63,835 bases of DNA from Octopus sinensis. Its lineage: Eukaryota. The stretch covers positions 1 to 63,835 of the forward strand of contig NW_021831857.1 of the NCBI RefSeq assembly GCF_006345805.1. The letters are read 5' to 3'. Positions 12,767-26,001 of this stretch are shown piece by piece (position 1 is the stretch's first letter; every line of letters begins with the position of its first letter). The notes under the pieces are model-generated. The model ran no database searches. It was not told the DNA's origin and saw only the letters and a list, made by a program, of their open reading frames with translations. A program made the position numbers and the translations under genes.

Positions 12767-13289
12767 TATGTATACAAGCGAATATATTTTCACATTTTTC
12801 TGTTTTTGTTTTCCAGTTGTTTGTTTGTTTGTTTGTTTTATCTTACAAAGTTTTCTGCATTTTTTATTTTTGTAAAAATAAAGGATAAAAATTAATATTC
12901 TGTATTTGTTGTTTTATTTTCTTTGCATTGTAAAATATAGCATGAAATGCAAAGATAAAAGTATTTTCGGCCCCTTTTTTGCTTTTCTGTTTTCTTTTCC
13001 CTCTTTGTTCTTCTCATTTATCCTTAGTTTTGTTCTATCATTGTTCTTTCATATTCGCTCAGCCATTTACTTTCTAAGTGCGCGTGCGCGTGCACACACG
13101 CACACATTATTCATCTATCTATAAATCAAACTTGCAGCATTATCAGGAAGCGGTGCCTTTGCCACAGAGGTAGAGCCATAGACTCATAACGGTCGGAAGG
13201 TTGTCCCTGACACAGCCTGGAGTGAGCCACCGACCAAACTTGTGGATAGGGCAAGGTTTCCTGTTGGTGGAATGTGAGTGCTGCTTGTT

Positions 13290-13672
13290 TGTTTGTTGAG
13301 CGAAGCGGTCTTCGTCCCAGAGCTCGCAAGATCGCGCCTCAGGAGAAGTTCGAAATGTGGTCCTTTGCTATGCGTAAGACCCGCAGAAGAGAAAGCAGGT
13401 CAACCCCCGACACCGAGAGCATCGACGGATGGATGAATGCGCATCCAAGCTCAGCGGTTGCGTAGGAAGTCGGGGACAAGAAACAGGAAGAAAGAGTGAG
13501 AGAAAGTTGGAGCGAAAGAGTACAACAGGGGTCGCCCCCCCCCTGCCGGAGCCTCGTGGAGCTTTAGGCAATTTCGCTCAATAAACACACACAACGCCCG
13601 GTCTTGGAATCGAAATCGCGATCCTCCGACCGTGAGTCCGCTGTCCTAACCACTGGGCCATTGTGCCTCCAC
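13290..13672 (-). mobile_element. tRNA-derived SINE with a long 3' body
   Basis: Minus-strand head ggaggcacaatggcccagtggttagg...atttcgattcc (A and B boxes), the same head type as 37225 and 54225. It ends in an (AAAC)n tail. Confidence 0.75.
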
Positions 13673-13899
13673 TGTGAGTGCTGCAGGAGTAGTTGAGTAA
13701 GGAGAGCCATGAAAGCCGAGACATAGTTCTGGAAAGAATGGAAGTGGCGTGTGGAATTAAGGAAGATGTCTACAAGAGAAGCTAAACTGTCTAGTAGACA
13801 TCAAGTAAAGGATTTGTCTCTCATATATATAACGAGAGGGACAAATGCATGAGGTGTGCCAGATCGCCCTGAGCTGCAAAAAGACCAAGGTGATGCCAA

Positions 13900-14230
13900 G
13901 TGATGTCGTAACACAACCTACCGTTATCTTTGGACAGTAAATTGTGGACAATTTCTCATAGCTGGATGATACGATCAAATGTGCAGGAAGTCGAAAAATG
14001 ATAGGAACAGTAGAATTGGCAAAGCAGGAACCGTATTGCAACGATTGCAGTATATCTGGTCACCAACAAACAACACTATCGATATGATAGAAATAGCTCA
14101 GCTTGAAATGTTCCGTAAAGCAGTGAAACATGAAAAATGTCAACGCAAATGGCATAAAAGCTGGACACATTCGACCAACGATGTCTATGGAAGATCTTTA
14201 AAGTCACTGCTAAGACAGAAGTACAAATGA
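13900..14230 (+). mobile_element. Degenerate RTE/CR1-like LINE remnant (post-RT region)
   Basis: ORF 13979..14230 contains NSRIGKAGTVLQRL..IW, resembling the RI.KA...F.RL...W motif of APE-type LINEs. Confidence 0.4.
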
Positions 14231-14590
14231 GAATTTGCACTGTCGGTTTCGCCTACAGTAGTAATTCCCCAGCTTTTTGCATAGTATTAGTCTTCAAACG
14301 TTTCACTTTATCAGTTTTTAGAAGAGAATATTTACTACGCTTCAATAAATTTGATCTTCGATCGTTTATAATGTTGTAATTTTGGATGAATACAAAGACT
14401 GGATTTGAACGGAGGACTTTTATTTCTAAATGAAATATAAAAATAAAGAAAGAAAACGTATTTATTCGGCCAGTCATCTCCTATCTTCATTCTCATAAAT
14501 AACACAATGTCGGTCAGGCATAAAAACAGTTGAAATGTTTGTTAGGAGTAAATATTGAATCAACCTGAAAAGAAATTATCTTATTAACAA

Positions 14591-14695
14591 CTAGCAGTAT
14601 CGCCCGGCGTTGCTCGGGTTTGTAAGGGAAATAACTATAAAGCTTTTTAGAGAGTTATAGCAAAAATAGCAAAAAAATGGAAAAAAAATGATGGC
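14591..14695 (-). mobile_element. 3' terminus of a non-autonomous Helitron
   Basis: Reverse complement of the 22280-22364 terminus: CCCGAGCAACGCCGGG hairpin followed by CTAG. Confidence 0.75.
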
Positions 14696-14759
14696 TCTAA
14701 ATTCTTCTTCTGAGATTCTAAAAAAGGGTGGTTGGAGAGGGGATTTTCCCCTCTCCGAC

Positions 14760-15560
14760 CTTTTCTCCAGTGTTTTCGTGTTTTTCATTCTCAACCCTTC
14801 AACCCTATTGCATTGACATTTGTCACGGACAGTGGGCCACAACGTTCCAACTTCGACCAACCAGTCTACAGTCTGACCCATATTATGACCTCCTGGATTT
14901 TTTCTAGGGTCATAGGCTCTGCTGGAAGCATTTTTATTGTTTGGCCAAGCCAGACTTTGTCTTCTGTTACTTCCGCAGAAAGCAGTGTGATTTCTTCCTC
15001 TAGGTCATACAGTACTGCCGCTACTAGCCATTCGGCGTCCGCCTCCGGTGGTACACAGCTTATCTTATTCGGGAGGTTCTCCTCCCATATTAAAATGGCA
15101 ACAGTACTACCTCATCCGTTTCGAAGAGGCTCCACAGAATACTTTTGCGCCTGTTCCACTGTTGACATCTCACTTCAACAGCTGCATATCTTTTCCTCTG
15201 GCAAATATGTGATGTTCTTCCAAATTGGCCTTAATATTTTTCTACACTTCTGTCATTGACATAGTTAACTTTTTTCTGTTTCAACATTATATGTTTTTGA
15301 AAATTACAGTCCTTTCGAGTGCATCTTTAATGGATGCTATGAGGAGGGACCACTTTATTTCGGTCCCTTCTTTTGTTAACAGCTCTCGGTTTGCCTTCAA
15401 ATTGGTTGTATCAATTTTCCTTGAGTTTCCTCCGGATGCAGCCGCAAAGCTCCTTATTGGCTCTTCAATATCCTTCTGCTCACTACAGAATCTTACTGGT
15501 ACTTGGCACTGGAGATACACTCTCCCTACGCGTGACAGTACCTTCCTTGTGTAAAAACAC
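14760..15560 (-). mobile_element. Degenerate coding remnant, possibly LINE ORF1 (Tx1/L1-like)
   Basis: The minus strand gives protein-like stretches with stops and frameshifts (IKDALERTVIFK; VPPEADAEWLVAAVLYDLEEEITLLSAEV). The family assignment is from memory only. Confidence 0.35.
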
Positions 15561-15689
15561 TAATAAAGAAAGTAAAACGTTTCCCCGCAAGGGGGAATTA
15601 AAACAAATTTTGCTTCAAAACAAGCAATAAATAGTCCCTTTTTTCAAATTATAATAATCGAATTTAATTGTAACAGACACAAAATTTTA

Positions 15690-16250
15690 ACATTGTACAC
15701 TGCATATAAGCGACATTATAGAAAACCTGCGTCTCCATCCGACTTCGATAGGAAATGTTCCACTTTCCAGCCTGCGTCTTCACATTCTCAAGGTTTTCAT
15801 AACGTTTCAATTTTCTAGCCCGAGCGGCGTCCATATTATCTTCATGAGGAACTGTTAGCTCGAATATATTTACAACTTTCTTTCTTCACACCACATCAAA
15901 ATATCTGTTTTTTTCGAAACTGGGATGGGAAAGAAACCTGGCACCCTGGTAAATCTGCAGTTACCTCCAATAGCCGTTCCACTTTTCATTTCTCTCAGGA
16001 AGTTTCTGATCTTCTTCTTGAAACGGATCCGCTGACCTGGTCGCACGATGGTAATGAAATCTCTTGATGGTACTTTTAGCGGTTTTTCCTCAGTGTTGTT
16101 GAGATGAATTTGGTTCTTTATAGCATTGAAGATAACCTTAAGGACCAAGTTGTGCCTCCATGTGTACCTGTTCAATGCTAATGAACAGTTGGGAGGAATA
16201 CGTTTAGTGTACCGACCTTTCTACATTTGCAGATGTCAATCTCTAAGACG
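15690..16250 (-). mobile_element. NeSL/R2-like LINE fragment (zinc knuckle plus RLE)
   Basis: NCSLALNRYTWRHNLVL (knuckle tail), KTDILMW, then IFELTVPHEDNMDAARARKLKRYENL...GWKVEHF. This is the PD..ELTVP.E...K..RY signature. Confidence 0.8.
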
Positions 16251-16800
16251 TTCCATCTTTGAAACAGGTGATATGGGAAAGTGCAACATTGACAACAAAA
16301 CATTTGTAGAGTAAATGCAGGGCTAATTCGACTAAGCAACATGCTATGCGTCCGTTTGGAGTGTTTCAGGCCCTAACCTGTCATGCAAAATTGAAGGTGG
16401 GGTTTGTGTGTTTTTTGAACGCACCGAAAATCTGTCAGTGGATATACTCACTTTGCTGCAGTGTGCGCTGTGTCTAACACGACCCATCATCGGAAATTTT
16501 GACACCTCACGTCGGGTTTTTTGTCCTACATCACTCATAGAGTAAATTTGGAGGAACTGTGGTTGTTCATTCGCGGGTACCAGAGAGACAATGAGGGTAT
16601 AGACTTGCCCTTGAACTTTGACGTCAGCGTAAATTCATGTTTATCTATCTTCTTAGATTCACCAAACGATGTCATTTGAAATGCAGAGTTGTATTGTCTG
16701 ATATTGTTCAGAAAATCCTTTGACTGGATTGAAGTGCATTCTAGAAGATTCCTATGGGGTTGAGATGGTAGTGTTGGCAATGATACCTGTCCGAAAATGT
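16250..16800 (-). mobile_element. Helitron Rep N-terminal remnant in intron 1, next to exon 2 (copy A1)
   Basis: ORF 16535..16780 SKDFLNNIRQYNSAFQMTSFG; the paralogous segment at 38979..39185 reads KVQGQVY...FLQIY. Both are Helitron RepHel motifs. Confidence 0.75.
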
Positions 16801-16887
16801 TGTCATCTATTGCATTGTTTTAAGTTCTAAACGATAATAAATACCCTGAAGTTCTATTTATATGATGCTATTTCTATTTTTTCACAG

Positions 16888-16939
16888 AACCGTTTCATCT
16901 CCAAGAAATCTCTCGACGATAAACCTGATGACACACCAA
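16888..16939 (+). CDS. Exon 2, copy A1 (orphan), short-chain collagen C4-like gene (NRFISKKSLDDKPDDTP)
   Basis: tttcacAG acceptor and A|gtaaga donor; 52 nt, phase 0 to 1; identical to copy B exon 2. No exon 1 found upstream in this window. Confidence 0.7.
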
Positions 16940-17169
16940 GTAAGAACTAATTTTATAGCTAAAGTCATTAACCCGTGTCTCCTTTACCAATGATTTATAA
17001 TTTCACCAACTTTGAATTAGTTCCACATTACTATCCACATGTCTACAATAGTATATACTAAGACACTTGCCTGAATTTATTCCGAAATATATTCTACGTT
17101 ACAATAATTCCCTTAATAAAATCTTACTCTAATATACAATGCCATTTATTGTGTATATGAGTATATATG

Positions 17170-18780
17170 CGGTGCTATACATGTCGTCTACAAATAACAG
17201 TCGACCGATCACGTAGAGATGAATTGGGATACCTCTACCACAATGGCTGAGCATATTCAACCAGATCACAAAAAAGAATGTGAGAAGGGGCACTAACAAT
17301 GCACACTTCAACTAAGTGAAACCTTCAAGTTGAAAAATTTCGACTTTTACATAAATACAATCATTCTACCTCCATATGGCAACAGTATTTGCCCATTAAA
17401 CTCACCTTCCTGGTAAACATCCACAACATTCCCCAGGACACATGATCGTGTGCCTTTTCGTGGTTTACAGCGTCTAAACCTTGGAAATGCATCAAATTTT
17501 GCTGGAAGATCTATCTTTGAACGACTATGTGGTCAGGTGTACCGCGTGTCGGACGGTAATCTAGGGCGCGACAATTTCCCTACGTATCTTTTCCTGACAT
17601 CAAGTGTAGACTTTTCTATAATTAGAACACACTCTTTGATCTTTGTTTTAAAAAATTGTGATTGTCACTCCATATTACCATTGCCTTGGTGTTTTTTCCA
17701 GAGGTCCCATCCACCTAGCATACATGGGTCACTCAGAGAATACCATCTGTATTTAAGGTTTCTAAAATATCAAGCCGACCCTGCTTTTCACCAGCAGCTT
17801 TATCACTTTTAAGTGATTTTAGCTCAAATAAGCGTTCAACCGAAGAAGAAACTGCTGAATAAAATAATACAATCACGAATCCATTTCGAGGTCCAACTTC
17901 ATTCAGGCGGGTCACTCTCAATTTGGATGCAAAAGTCTCCACATTTTTGTTTCTGATCCCAGCATCCACTGCGGCTTCCAACTGTATTCTGTAAGTCGAA
18001 TTGGACTTACCAATTTCAAGTGTTCGGTAAACTGTAGGAAATTTTCAGGGTTTTAGACATTTAGGTAGTGACGAGTTGATAACTCCACCCTTCCTCTTAC
18101 ACAAACGTTCAGCAAGAGTGAAAGAGGACCGAACTCAATCAGAAACCTCTGTCACCAAGTATTTCTATGCCAGGCACCCTTTAATATCCCTGTCTTAAAA
18201 TAATATCTATACCATAGAGTGGAGAGTGTGTATCCTGCACAGAAGGCTGCTATGATCTCTCCATTAAGTTCACTGACGACATTCCTTCCATCAATCCTTC
18301 TCACGGTTATCAGTACCAAGGTGTGCACTGAAGTCTCCTTGCGGGACAAGTGACTTTACCCCAAATATATCTAAAGCTGAGGTGAATTTGCTTAGAAGGA
18401 TTTGTATTTGACCTCGGTGTTTGCTGCATATACTTACAGCAGCCACAGTGGTCCTTCATATTCAGCCCTAGCTTCAAGAAGCGAACCCTCACACCTAGTA
18501 GGTTTCACTCAATAATACAATCGGAAAGCTGGGGATGTGAGAGTATCCTAATCCCACCTGTGCAGACATTGCTGGCACCACAGTTGCGTAGTGGAGATTC
18601 AAGCCTATATCCAAGAGTACGCTATCGGAGAAAGGAAATTTTGTAGAGAGACACAAAAATTATATCTTACAGGCAGATATTTAATAACAACTTTGACGTT
18701 TTAATTCTCAATTATTAAAGGTTGTTCCCTTCTTGATCTGCTTTGTCGTCCTGAGACCGTCAATATTGTGCTCCCATCAA
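17170..18780 (-). mobile_element. Ancient degenerate RTE-like LINE (APE plus RT) in intron 2, copy A1
   Basis: Minus-strand remnants LKSDKAAGE, RLLFVDDM and RGRVELST. Paralogous copies lie at about 26380-28330, 39700-41770 and 57000-58650. Confidence 0.7.
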
Positions 18781-18844
18781 ACACGGTAAGTCATGGATTT
18801 TGTGTTAAAATATGTATGTCTGTATGCATGTAATTATTTAGGTA

Positions 18845-19480
18845 TGTATGTGTGCTTGTGTGTGAATATGTGTGTGTGCGTGTGTGTAAATATGTGTGCA
18901 TGTATTATGTATGTGTGCGTGTGTGTAAAAATGTGTGTATGTATTATGTATGTGTGCGTGTGTGTAAATATGTGTGTATGTATTATGTATGTGTGCGTGT
19001 GTGTAAATATGTGTGTGTGCGTGTGTGTAAATATGTGTGCATGTATTATGTATGTTTGCGTGTGTGTAAAAATGTGTGTATGTATTATGTATGTGTGCGT
19101 GTGTGTAAATATGTATGTGTGCGTGTGTGTAAATATGTGTGCATGTATTATGTATGTGTGCGTGTGTGTAAAAATGTGTGTATGTATTATGCATGTGTGC
19201 GTGTGTGTAAATATGTGTGTATGTATTATGTACGTGTGCGTGTGTGTAAATATGTGTGTATGTATTATGTATGTGTGCGTGTGTGTAAATATGTATGTGT
19301 GCGTTTGTGTAAATATGTGTGCATGTATTATGTATGTGTGCGTGTGTGTAAAAATGTGTGTATGTATTATGCATATGTGCGTGTGTGTAAATATGTGTGT
19401 ATATATTATGTATGTGTGCGTGTGTGTAAATATGTGTGTATGTATTATGTATGTGTGCGTGTGTGTAAATATGTGTGTGT
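18845..19480. repeat. TG/TA-derived minisatellite, 39-bp unit with 24-bp variants
   Basis: The unit aatatgtgtgtatgtattatgtatgtgtgcgtgtgtgta gives the repeating [13 protein letters not shown] in ORF 18793..19491. Confidence 0.9.
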
Positions 19481-19494
19481 GTATGGATTGATAG

Positions 19495-19527
19495 ATTTGC
19501 GGATAGACAGACAGGTAGAGAGACAGA

Positions 19528-19570
<43 letters not shown>

Positions 19571-19571
19571 T

Positions 19572-19614
<43 letters not shown>

Positions 19615-19615
19615 C

Positions 19616-19690
<75 letters not shown>

Positions 19691-19691
19691 G

Positions 19692-19752
<61 letters not shown>

Positions 19753-19798
19753 TAGATAGATGGATGGATAGATAGATAGATATAGAGATAGATACATT

Positions 19799-19831
<33 letters not shown>

Positions 19832-19832
19832 G

Positions 19833-19889
<57 letters not shown>

Positions 19890-19977
19890 TAGATAGATGG
19901 ATGGATAGATAGATAGATATAGAGATAGATACATTGATAGATAGATAGGTAGATAGATAGATAGATAGATAGATAGG

Positions 19978-20066
<89 letters not shown>

Positions 20067-20085
20067 GCAAGATAAGAAAGTTTAT
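19495..20085. repeat. (GATA)n/(GACA)n compound microsatellite
   Basis: Seen directly. Confidence 0.95.
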
Positions 20086-20450
20086 TTTCGGCACTTGATG
20101 CTTTGGGAACCAGACAAAAATTGCTGCAGCTCGGCTGGCATGTGTTACTCCATCCCTCCATATTCACCAGATATTGCACCTTCGGATTTCCACTTATTCA
20201 GGCCTCTGCAGAATAGTCTCAATGGTAAAAATTTCAATTCCTTGAATGACGTAAAAAGATACCTCGATGAATTCTTTGCCATGAAACCACCTCAATTCTG
20301 AAAAGAGGGTATTTTCAAGTTAAAGGAAAGATGGAGAAGCATAGTGCAACAAAATGGTTCATATTTGGTTGATTAAAAATGCAATGGCAAGTATTTATTG
20401 ACCCTTTATTTTCCTTTAAAAATCGGCACGAACTTTCCAGGCAACCCAAA
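20086..20450 (+). mobile_element. Mariner transposase C-terminus and right end
   Basis: [22 protein letters not shown] (YSPDLAP motif), then GIFKLKERW, ending in aaaatcggcacgaactttccaggcaacccaa (TIR-like). Confidence 0.88.
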
Positions 20451-20506
20451 ATAAATACATATAAATATATGTATATATGTATACATATATATATATATAT
20501 ATATAT

Positions 20507-20940
20507 CTCTTATTATAAAAGGCAGATTTTATCTGCCTCCCTTTGGGAGTTATAGAAATCTACAATATAGAATTTCTTCAATTACAATTTACCTAGCATT
20601 CTTAAGAGTACAATGCATCGCGTCATGCCAGGTCCAGAATTTAAAATTTAAACTCCAATTAAGCAAAATTTACAGAAAACTCACATTCTGGTGTGTGTGT
20701 CAAATGCTTTTCTTAGTCTGGTTGACACCACACGCAAACGCACACACACAGTGTGCAACGAATAAAATGAAAGTAAATAGCGACAGAGTGATTTGAGGAA
20801 GACTAAACTGAAAGTATTCTGTCTATGACGCTGATAGATACATGAGTAAAATGTATGGGAAGCTAAGAGCTAAGAGTGAGTGAAAATGTTCTTGGAAGAG
20901 AGTAAATAGCGAGAGAGAGAGTGATTTGAGGAAGACTTTA
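20507..20940 (+). mobile_element. Non-autonomous Helitron/Helentron-like repeat (second copy at about 22446-23000)
   Basis: Both copies start tctc...tataaaAGGCAGAttttaTCTGCCTccc (subterminal hairpin) after a (TA)n tract and share about 200 bp. The class is inferred. Confidence 0.4.
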
Positions 20941-21304
20941 CATTAAATAACCGTAGTGGCTTGTGTTAGTAATAAAGTAAACATACACTCATACATACAT
21001 ACATACATACATACATACATACATACATACATACACACACACATACACACACATACATACACACACACATACATACAAACACACATACATACATACATAC
21101 ATATACATACATACATGCATATACATACATACATACACACACACATACACACACACAGTATTGAAGCTTGAGAACAATCAGATACATTTGCAACACATCT
21201 GTTGAAAATATTGTTCACACACATACATATACATATATACATACAGACAGACAGACAGATAGACACACACACACACACACACACACACATGATCCAGCAT
21301 GGCC

Positions 21305-21710
21305 ACAACCTCAAGGCTGAAACATATAAAAGAATAACAGAATATAAATGTGTGCAAAGTACAAGATATATTAATGCAGTATATGGGGATTGGACAATAA
21401 GCGTAAGGCAGTGTCAATGGTGGTTCCAGAAATCCCGAGCCATAAACTACAGCCTAGAAGACGAGCCTCATCCTGAAAGATCTGCAGAACTCGACAAGGA
21501 CATCCTGAAAACCCTGGTGGAACAACATCTCATCGTAACTGTTGAGGAACTAGCAGAGAAGCTTGGATTTGGTCATTCAACCATTCATTGAGACCTGTGT
21601 GCTATCGGAAAAGTCAGCAAATTGGGTCAATTGGTTCCTCACGAACTTTCCGAGTCTAATTGCATGCAGAGAGTGAATGTATGCTTTTCTTTGCTGTCAC
21701 ATCTCACCAC
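21305..21710 (+). mobile_element. Mariner transposase N-terminal fragment
   Basis: YINAVYGD..ISVRQCQWWFQK...SLEDEPH...ELAEKLGFGHSTIH*...GKVSKLGQLVPHEL (two HTH regions and a WVPHEL-like motif). Confidence 0.85.
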
Positions 21711-21726
21711 TACTGCGCTATGTATA

Positions 21727-22363
21727 TCTATATATATAAAACTGTAGTTGTGTGAGTGTCTGTCCCCTTCGATTTAGATTCCTAACTACTCCCACATTTT
21801 GCGGTGCAGTTTAACCAAATTCGGGTAGCTTATAGTCGTGATTCATATCGAGCCCGTCTGAGTATTAGCGCGCGTCTACAATGAGTCTACGATTTTAAAA
21901 ATAATTTAATATCATTTTTTATTCCATTTTAATGCATAATTTTTCGTGTGTCGATGGCGGCGGAGTTGGCGTCCACGCTCACACCTGCACCTGTGGAGAA
22001 GGGAGTGTAAGGAAATCAACGTCGTAATGCGTTGTCAAGGAGACCAGTGTTCTTTTAGAACAACGACTTCATGGCTTGAAGACACCAAAACAGAAATGGC
22101 TAAGAAAGCGTCAACATGAGTCTACGATTAAAAAAAAAATTTACCATCGATTTTTTTTCCATTTTAATGCATTTTTTCGCTATTATATAAGGGAAGTAAC
22201 TCTCTAAAAATGTCTACGATGAGTCAACGATTTTTATAAAAATTTACCATCATATTTTTTCCATTTTTAATGCATCTTTTGCTATTTTTTGGCTATAACT
22301 CTCTAAAAATGCTTATATAGTTATTTCCCTTACAAACCCGAGCAACGCCGGGCGATACTGCTA

Positions 22364-22364
<1 letters not shown>
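21727..22364 (+). mobile_element. Complete non-autonomous Helitron
   Basis: 5' TC(TATATATATAAA), 3' hairpin CCCGAGCAACGCCGGG plus CTAG, inserted between A and T. Confidence 0.85.
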
Positions 22365-22447
<83 letters not shown>

Positions 22448-23371
22448 CTCTTTTTATAAAAGGCAGATTTTATCTGCCTCCCTTTGTCTCTTATAGAAAT
22501 CTACAATATAGGATTTCTTCAATTACAATTTACCTAGCATTTTTAAGAGTAGAATGCATCGGGTCTTGCCAGGTCCGGTTTTTAAAATTTCAACCCCAAT
22601 TAAGCAAAATTTAGAGAAAACTCACATTGTGGTGTCTGAGTCAAGTACTTTTCTTAGTGTGGGCTATAGCATACGCACACACACACACACACACAAAGGG
22701 AGCGATCTGATTCACTCACGCTATCACTCTAATTTCTACGACTTTGTCTTTGCAAGTCTACCTTACAGCACTACTCAAAAAAAAAGCAGCAAACAAAAAC
22801 AAATAAATACATAACGATTTACTCCTCACACAATTTCTTCAATTAGACTTTACCTATGATTTTTCAAAGTACTTCCATTGGGTCATGCCATAAAAAATTT
22901 CTTTCAATTTCACCCCCAATTAAGACAAAATTCGAGAAGACTCAATATCTTAACATTTCACTTTGAAGCCTTTACTCTGCCTATTACTCCCACTTCCTCT
23001 TTAGACACATAGACACGCTAATATATACGACAGTGTCAATTGTTGACAGACATTGTAAGCTAACGTGTGTGTGTGTGTGTGTGTGTGCGTGTGTGTCTGT
23101 GTGTTTGTTTGTGTGTGCGTGTGTGTGAGGGTGCGTGTGTGTGTGTGTGTGTGTGACAGGGATGACCCATTCAGACTGGTCATCCTTTTTGCTAGAAGAT
23201 CACCTAAGCTACACCACTGGTTTTCAGTTCATATTAATCAAATTAATATTCACAAGAAGAAGGACTATTCATTATAATACATCAGTTCCATCGGACAACT
23301 GCACGAACATTTGCCATTTTACACATGTATGTAAACAAATCCCTTTCTTAAATTCATTTTCTTTTTCAATT

Positions 23372-24310
23372 CATACAAAGTTATTTAGGACGAATATAAC
23401 ATCTAAAGTTATCTCTAAGAAGCAGAAAGATCGCCCAAAAGTGTATATAGATATTTAAATGTATTTATATATTCATCTATGCACACACGTATGTATAACG
23501 TGTGTGTATATATTTCCATAGAGGTAACCATTCACTCCGCACAAAGTATTTTAGGACGAAAATAACATCTAAAGTTATCTCTAAGAAGCAGAAAGATCGC
23601 CCAAAAGTGTATATAGATATTTAAATGTATTTATATATTCATCTATGCACACATGTATGTATAACGTGTGTGTATATATTTCCATAGAGGTAACCATTCA
23701 CTCCATACAAAGTTATTTAGGACGAATATAACATCTAAAGTTATCTCTAAGAAACCATTCACTCCATACAAGAGGTAACCATTCACTCCATACAAAGTTT
23801 TTTAGGACGAAAATAAGATCTAAAGTTATCTCTAAGAAGCAGAAAGATCGCCCAAAAGTGTATATAGATATTTAAATGTATTTATATATTCATCTATACA
23901 CACACGTATGTATAATGTGTGTGTATATATTTCTATAGAGGTAACCATTCACTCCGCACAAAGTTTTTTAGGACGAAAATAACATCTAAAGTTATCTCTA
24001 AGAAGCAGAAAGATCGCCCAAAAGTGTATATAGATATTTAAATATATTTATATATTCATCTATGCACACATGTATGTATAACGTGTGTGTATATATTTCC
24101 ATAGAGGTAACCATTCACTCCATACAAAGTTTTTTAGGACGAAAATAACATCTAAAGTTATCTCTAAGAAGCAGAAAGATCGTCCAAAAGTGTATATAGA
24201 TATTTTAATGTATTTATATATTCATCTATACACACATGTATGTATAATGTGTGTGTATATATTCCATAGAGGTAACCATTCACTCCATACAAAGTTTTTT
24301 AGGACGAAAA
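23372..24310. repeat. 166-bp tandem satellite, about 5.5 units
   Basis: The acaaag anchor ends at 23380, 23546, 23712, (partial unit) 23797, 23963, 24129 and 24294. Confidence 0.95.
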
Positions 24311-25153
24311 TCTTTATATATAAAAGAAAGGTTGTGTGTCTGTCTACTCCGATTTAGATTCCTAACTACTCCCACATTTTGCGATGCAGTTTAACCAAAA
24401 CCGAGTATCTTATAGTCGTGATTCATATCGAGCCTTTCTGAGTATTAGCGCGCGTCTACGACGAGTCTACGATTTTACAAATAATTTACCATCATTTTTT
24501 CCCATTTTAATGCATTTTTTAATAAAGGGAAGTAACTCTCAAACTTCACACCAATATGCGTGCTCATATGCGACGTAATATCACATCAGCAGCATTTCCT
24601 CACCCCCTCATTGCACTTGGCGAAGGCAAAAAACCAGGGGATGAAAATGGTAATATTGCCATCGATTCCATTTGTACCATTGTTAAGACGCCTTCTGATC
24701 TCAGAGATGCAGTGTTCCAAGATCTACAAGCTAATTATCAGAATATGGATTGGATTGGCAAAAAGGCTATACTGGCCCCAAGGAATAAAACTGTTCACCA
24801 TATTAATGATGAAATGCTAAAACTCATTCCTGGGGAAGTCTATGTATATCAGTCTATCGATACAACTCCTGACCCAGAGGACGTCATCAACTATCCAATA
24901 GAGGTACTCAATTCCTTTGAGCACCCCGGACTACCACCACACATTCTCAAACTTAAAGTTGGTGCCCCTATAATGCTCATCAGAAATTTGGTTCCCCCAA
25001 AACAATGCAATGGCACACGTTTGATCGTTAAGTCCTTATCTCCCAGCGTAAACTTATATCAATATTTGCCTGAATAATCATCATCATTCAGTGCAATCAT
25101 TAACAGTACTTTCAAGTAATTCAGCCCCGAGCAACGCCGGGCAATTCTGCTAG
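24311..25153 (+). mobile_element. Helitron deletion derivative carrying a PIF1-like helicase fragment
   Basis: 5' TC at 24311; hairpin and CTAG at 25150-25153; A|T site. ORF 24556..25077 KAILAPRN...GLPPHILKLKVGAPIMLIRNL...CNGTRLIV. Confidence 0.92.
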
Positions 25154-26001
25154 TATATATATATAAACACGCACACACAAACATATGTATATATATATGT
25201 ATAAACATATATATATATATAAATTTTTATCCACTTACATATATACATCTACATATACACACTATATTTAAGGAGTAAATAACCAGTTTATATAGCACCC
25301 GTGTACAAAATATCTAATCCTCATCCCTTTCGTATGCAGTCAATTTATAACCTACTATATATGTTCCCAAACATTTTTATTACAAACTTTTGTGATATTC
25401 CATTGAACGCCAAATGATATATCGACCTTCGAGCTTCAATTCGGAATATTATTCACCAGTGCTAGAAATACCTGACTCTTCAGTGATCATGATGGATAAC
25501 TATACTAAACAATATCAAGGCAATAGAGCTTTGGCATCAATTCAAACTACTTTTAAATATTGCATCCTATTGCCTTGACAGTTTCTCCAAAGGACGCAGT
25601 GGAAAAGTCCTACTGCGGATTAGGACGCCGTACATAAAAGGTTGGCGTCGGGCATTCTTGTACGTCAGCAGAATGCGCAAGTCTACGTTTCTAGTAATCT
25701 TCAAACTACCAGCGATTTTAGATAGCAAAATTAGTCTACTCTTGACAATGAACAGGGATATTAGCTGTTTATGTAATGTGTATGCTTTGCCATATACAAG
25801 CATGAAATAATGAAATACCAGATTCACAGAAAGGCATGCAGTTCCAGCAAACCTCCAAGATGTAACACGATATAATAGATTTGGTGGAATGGACAATGTC
25901 GACATCACCCACACCTTCATAAAATGTTGTCCGAAAATGTTGTCATATATTGCATTTTTTTCAGTTCTAAACGATAATAAATACTCTCTATTTTTCCACA
26001 G

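Noticed and set aside
8900-14590. A diverged exon 1 for copy A1
   Set aside because: No ATG-hydrophobic segment-GT donor combination and no match to the 34105-34248 sequence was found.
16915-16945. CTGATGA in each exon 2 copy as a hammerhead core
   Set aside because: It is coding sequence (Pro-Asp-Asp) with no GAAA or flanking stems.
18793-20094. Long ORFs of 228-418 aa (CV, HT and YLSI repeats)
   Set aside because: They are translations of stop-free minisatellite and (GATA)n tracts, open in several frames on both strands.
23372-24310. Regular repeat array as a possible CRISPR
   Set aside because: The units are contiguous 166-bp copies with no unique spacers and no cas genes, in a eukaryotic context.
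24556-25077. Host PIF1 helicase gene
   Set aside because: It is a partial domain enclosed by Helitron TC and CTAG termini.
25575-25640. Twister ribozyme on the minus strand
   Set aside because: No P1 helix, an 11-nt L4 without the conserved AAGC, and a weak T1 pseudoknot. Kept only as a hairpin cluster.
25680-25725. Minus-strand UUGAAGA...GAAACGUA hammerhead-like string
   Set aside because: C3 is absent, and neither stem I nor stem II forms in the required register.
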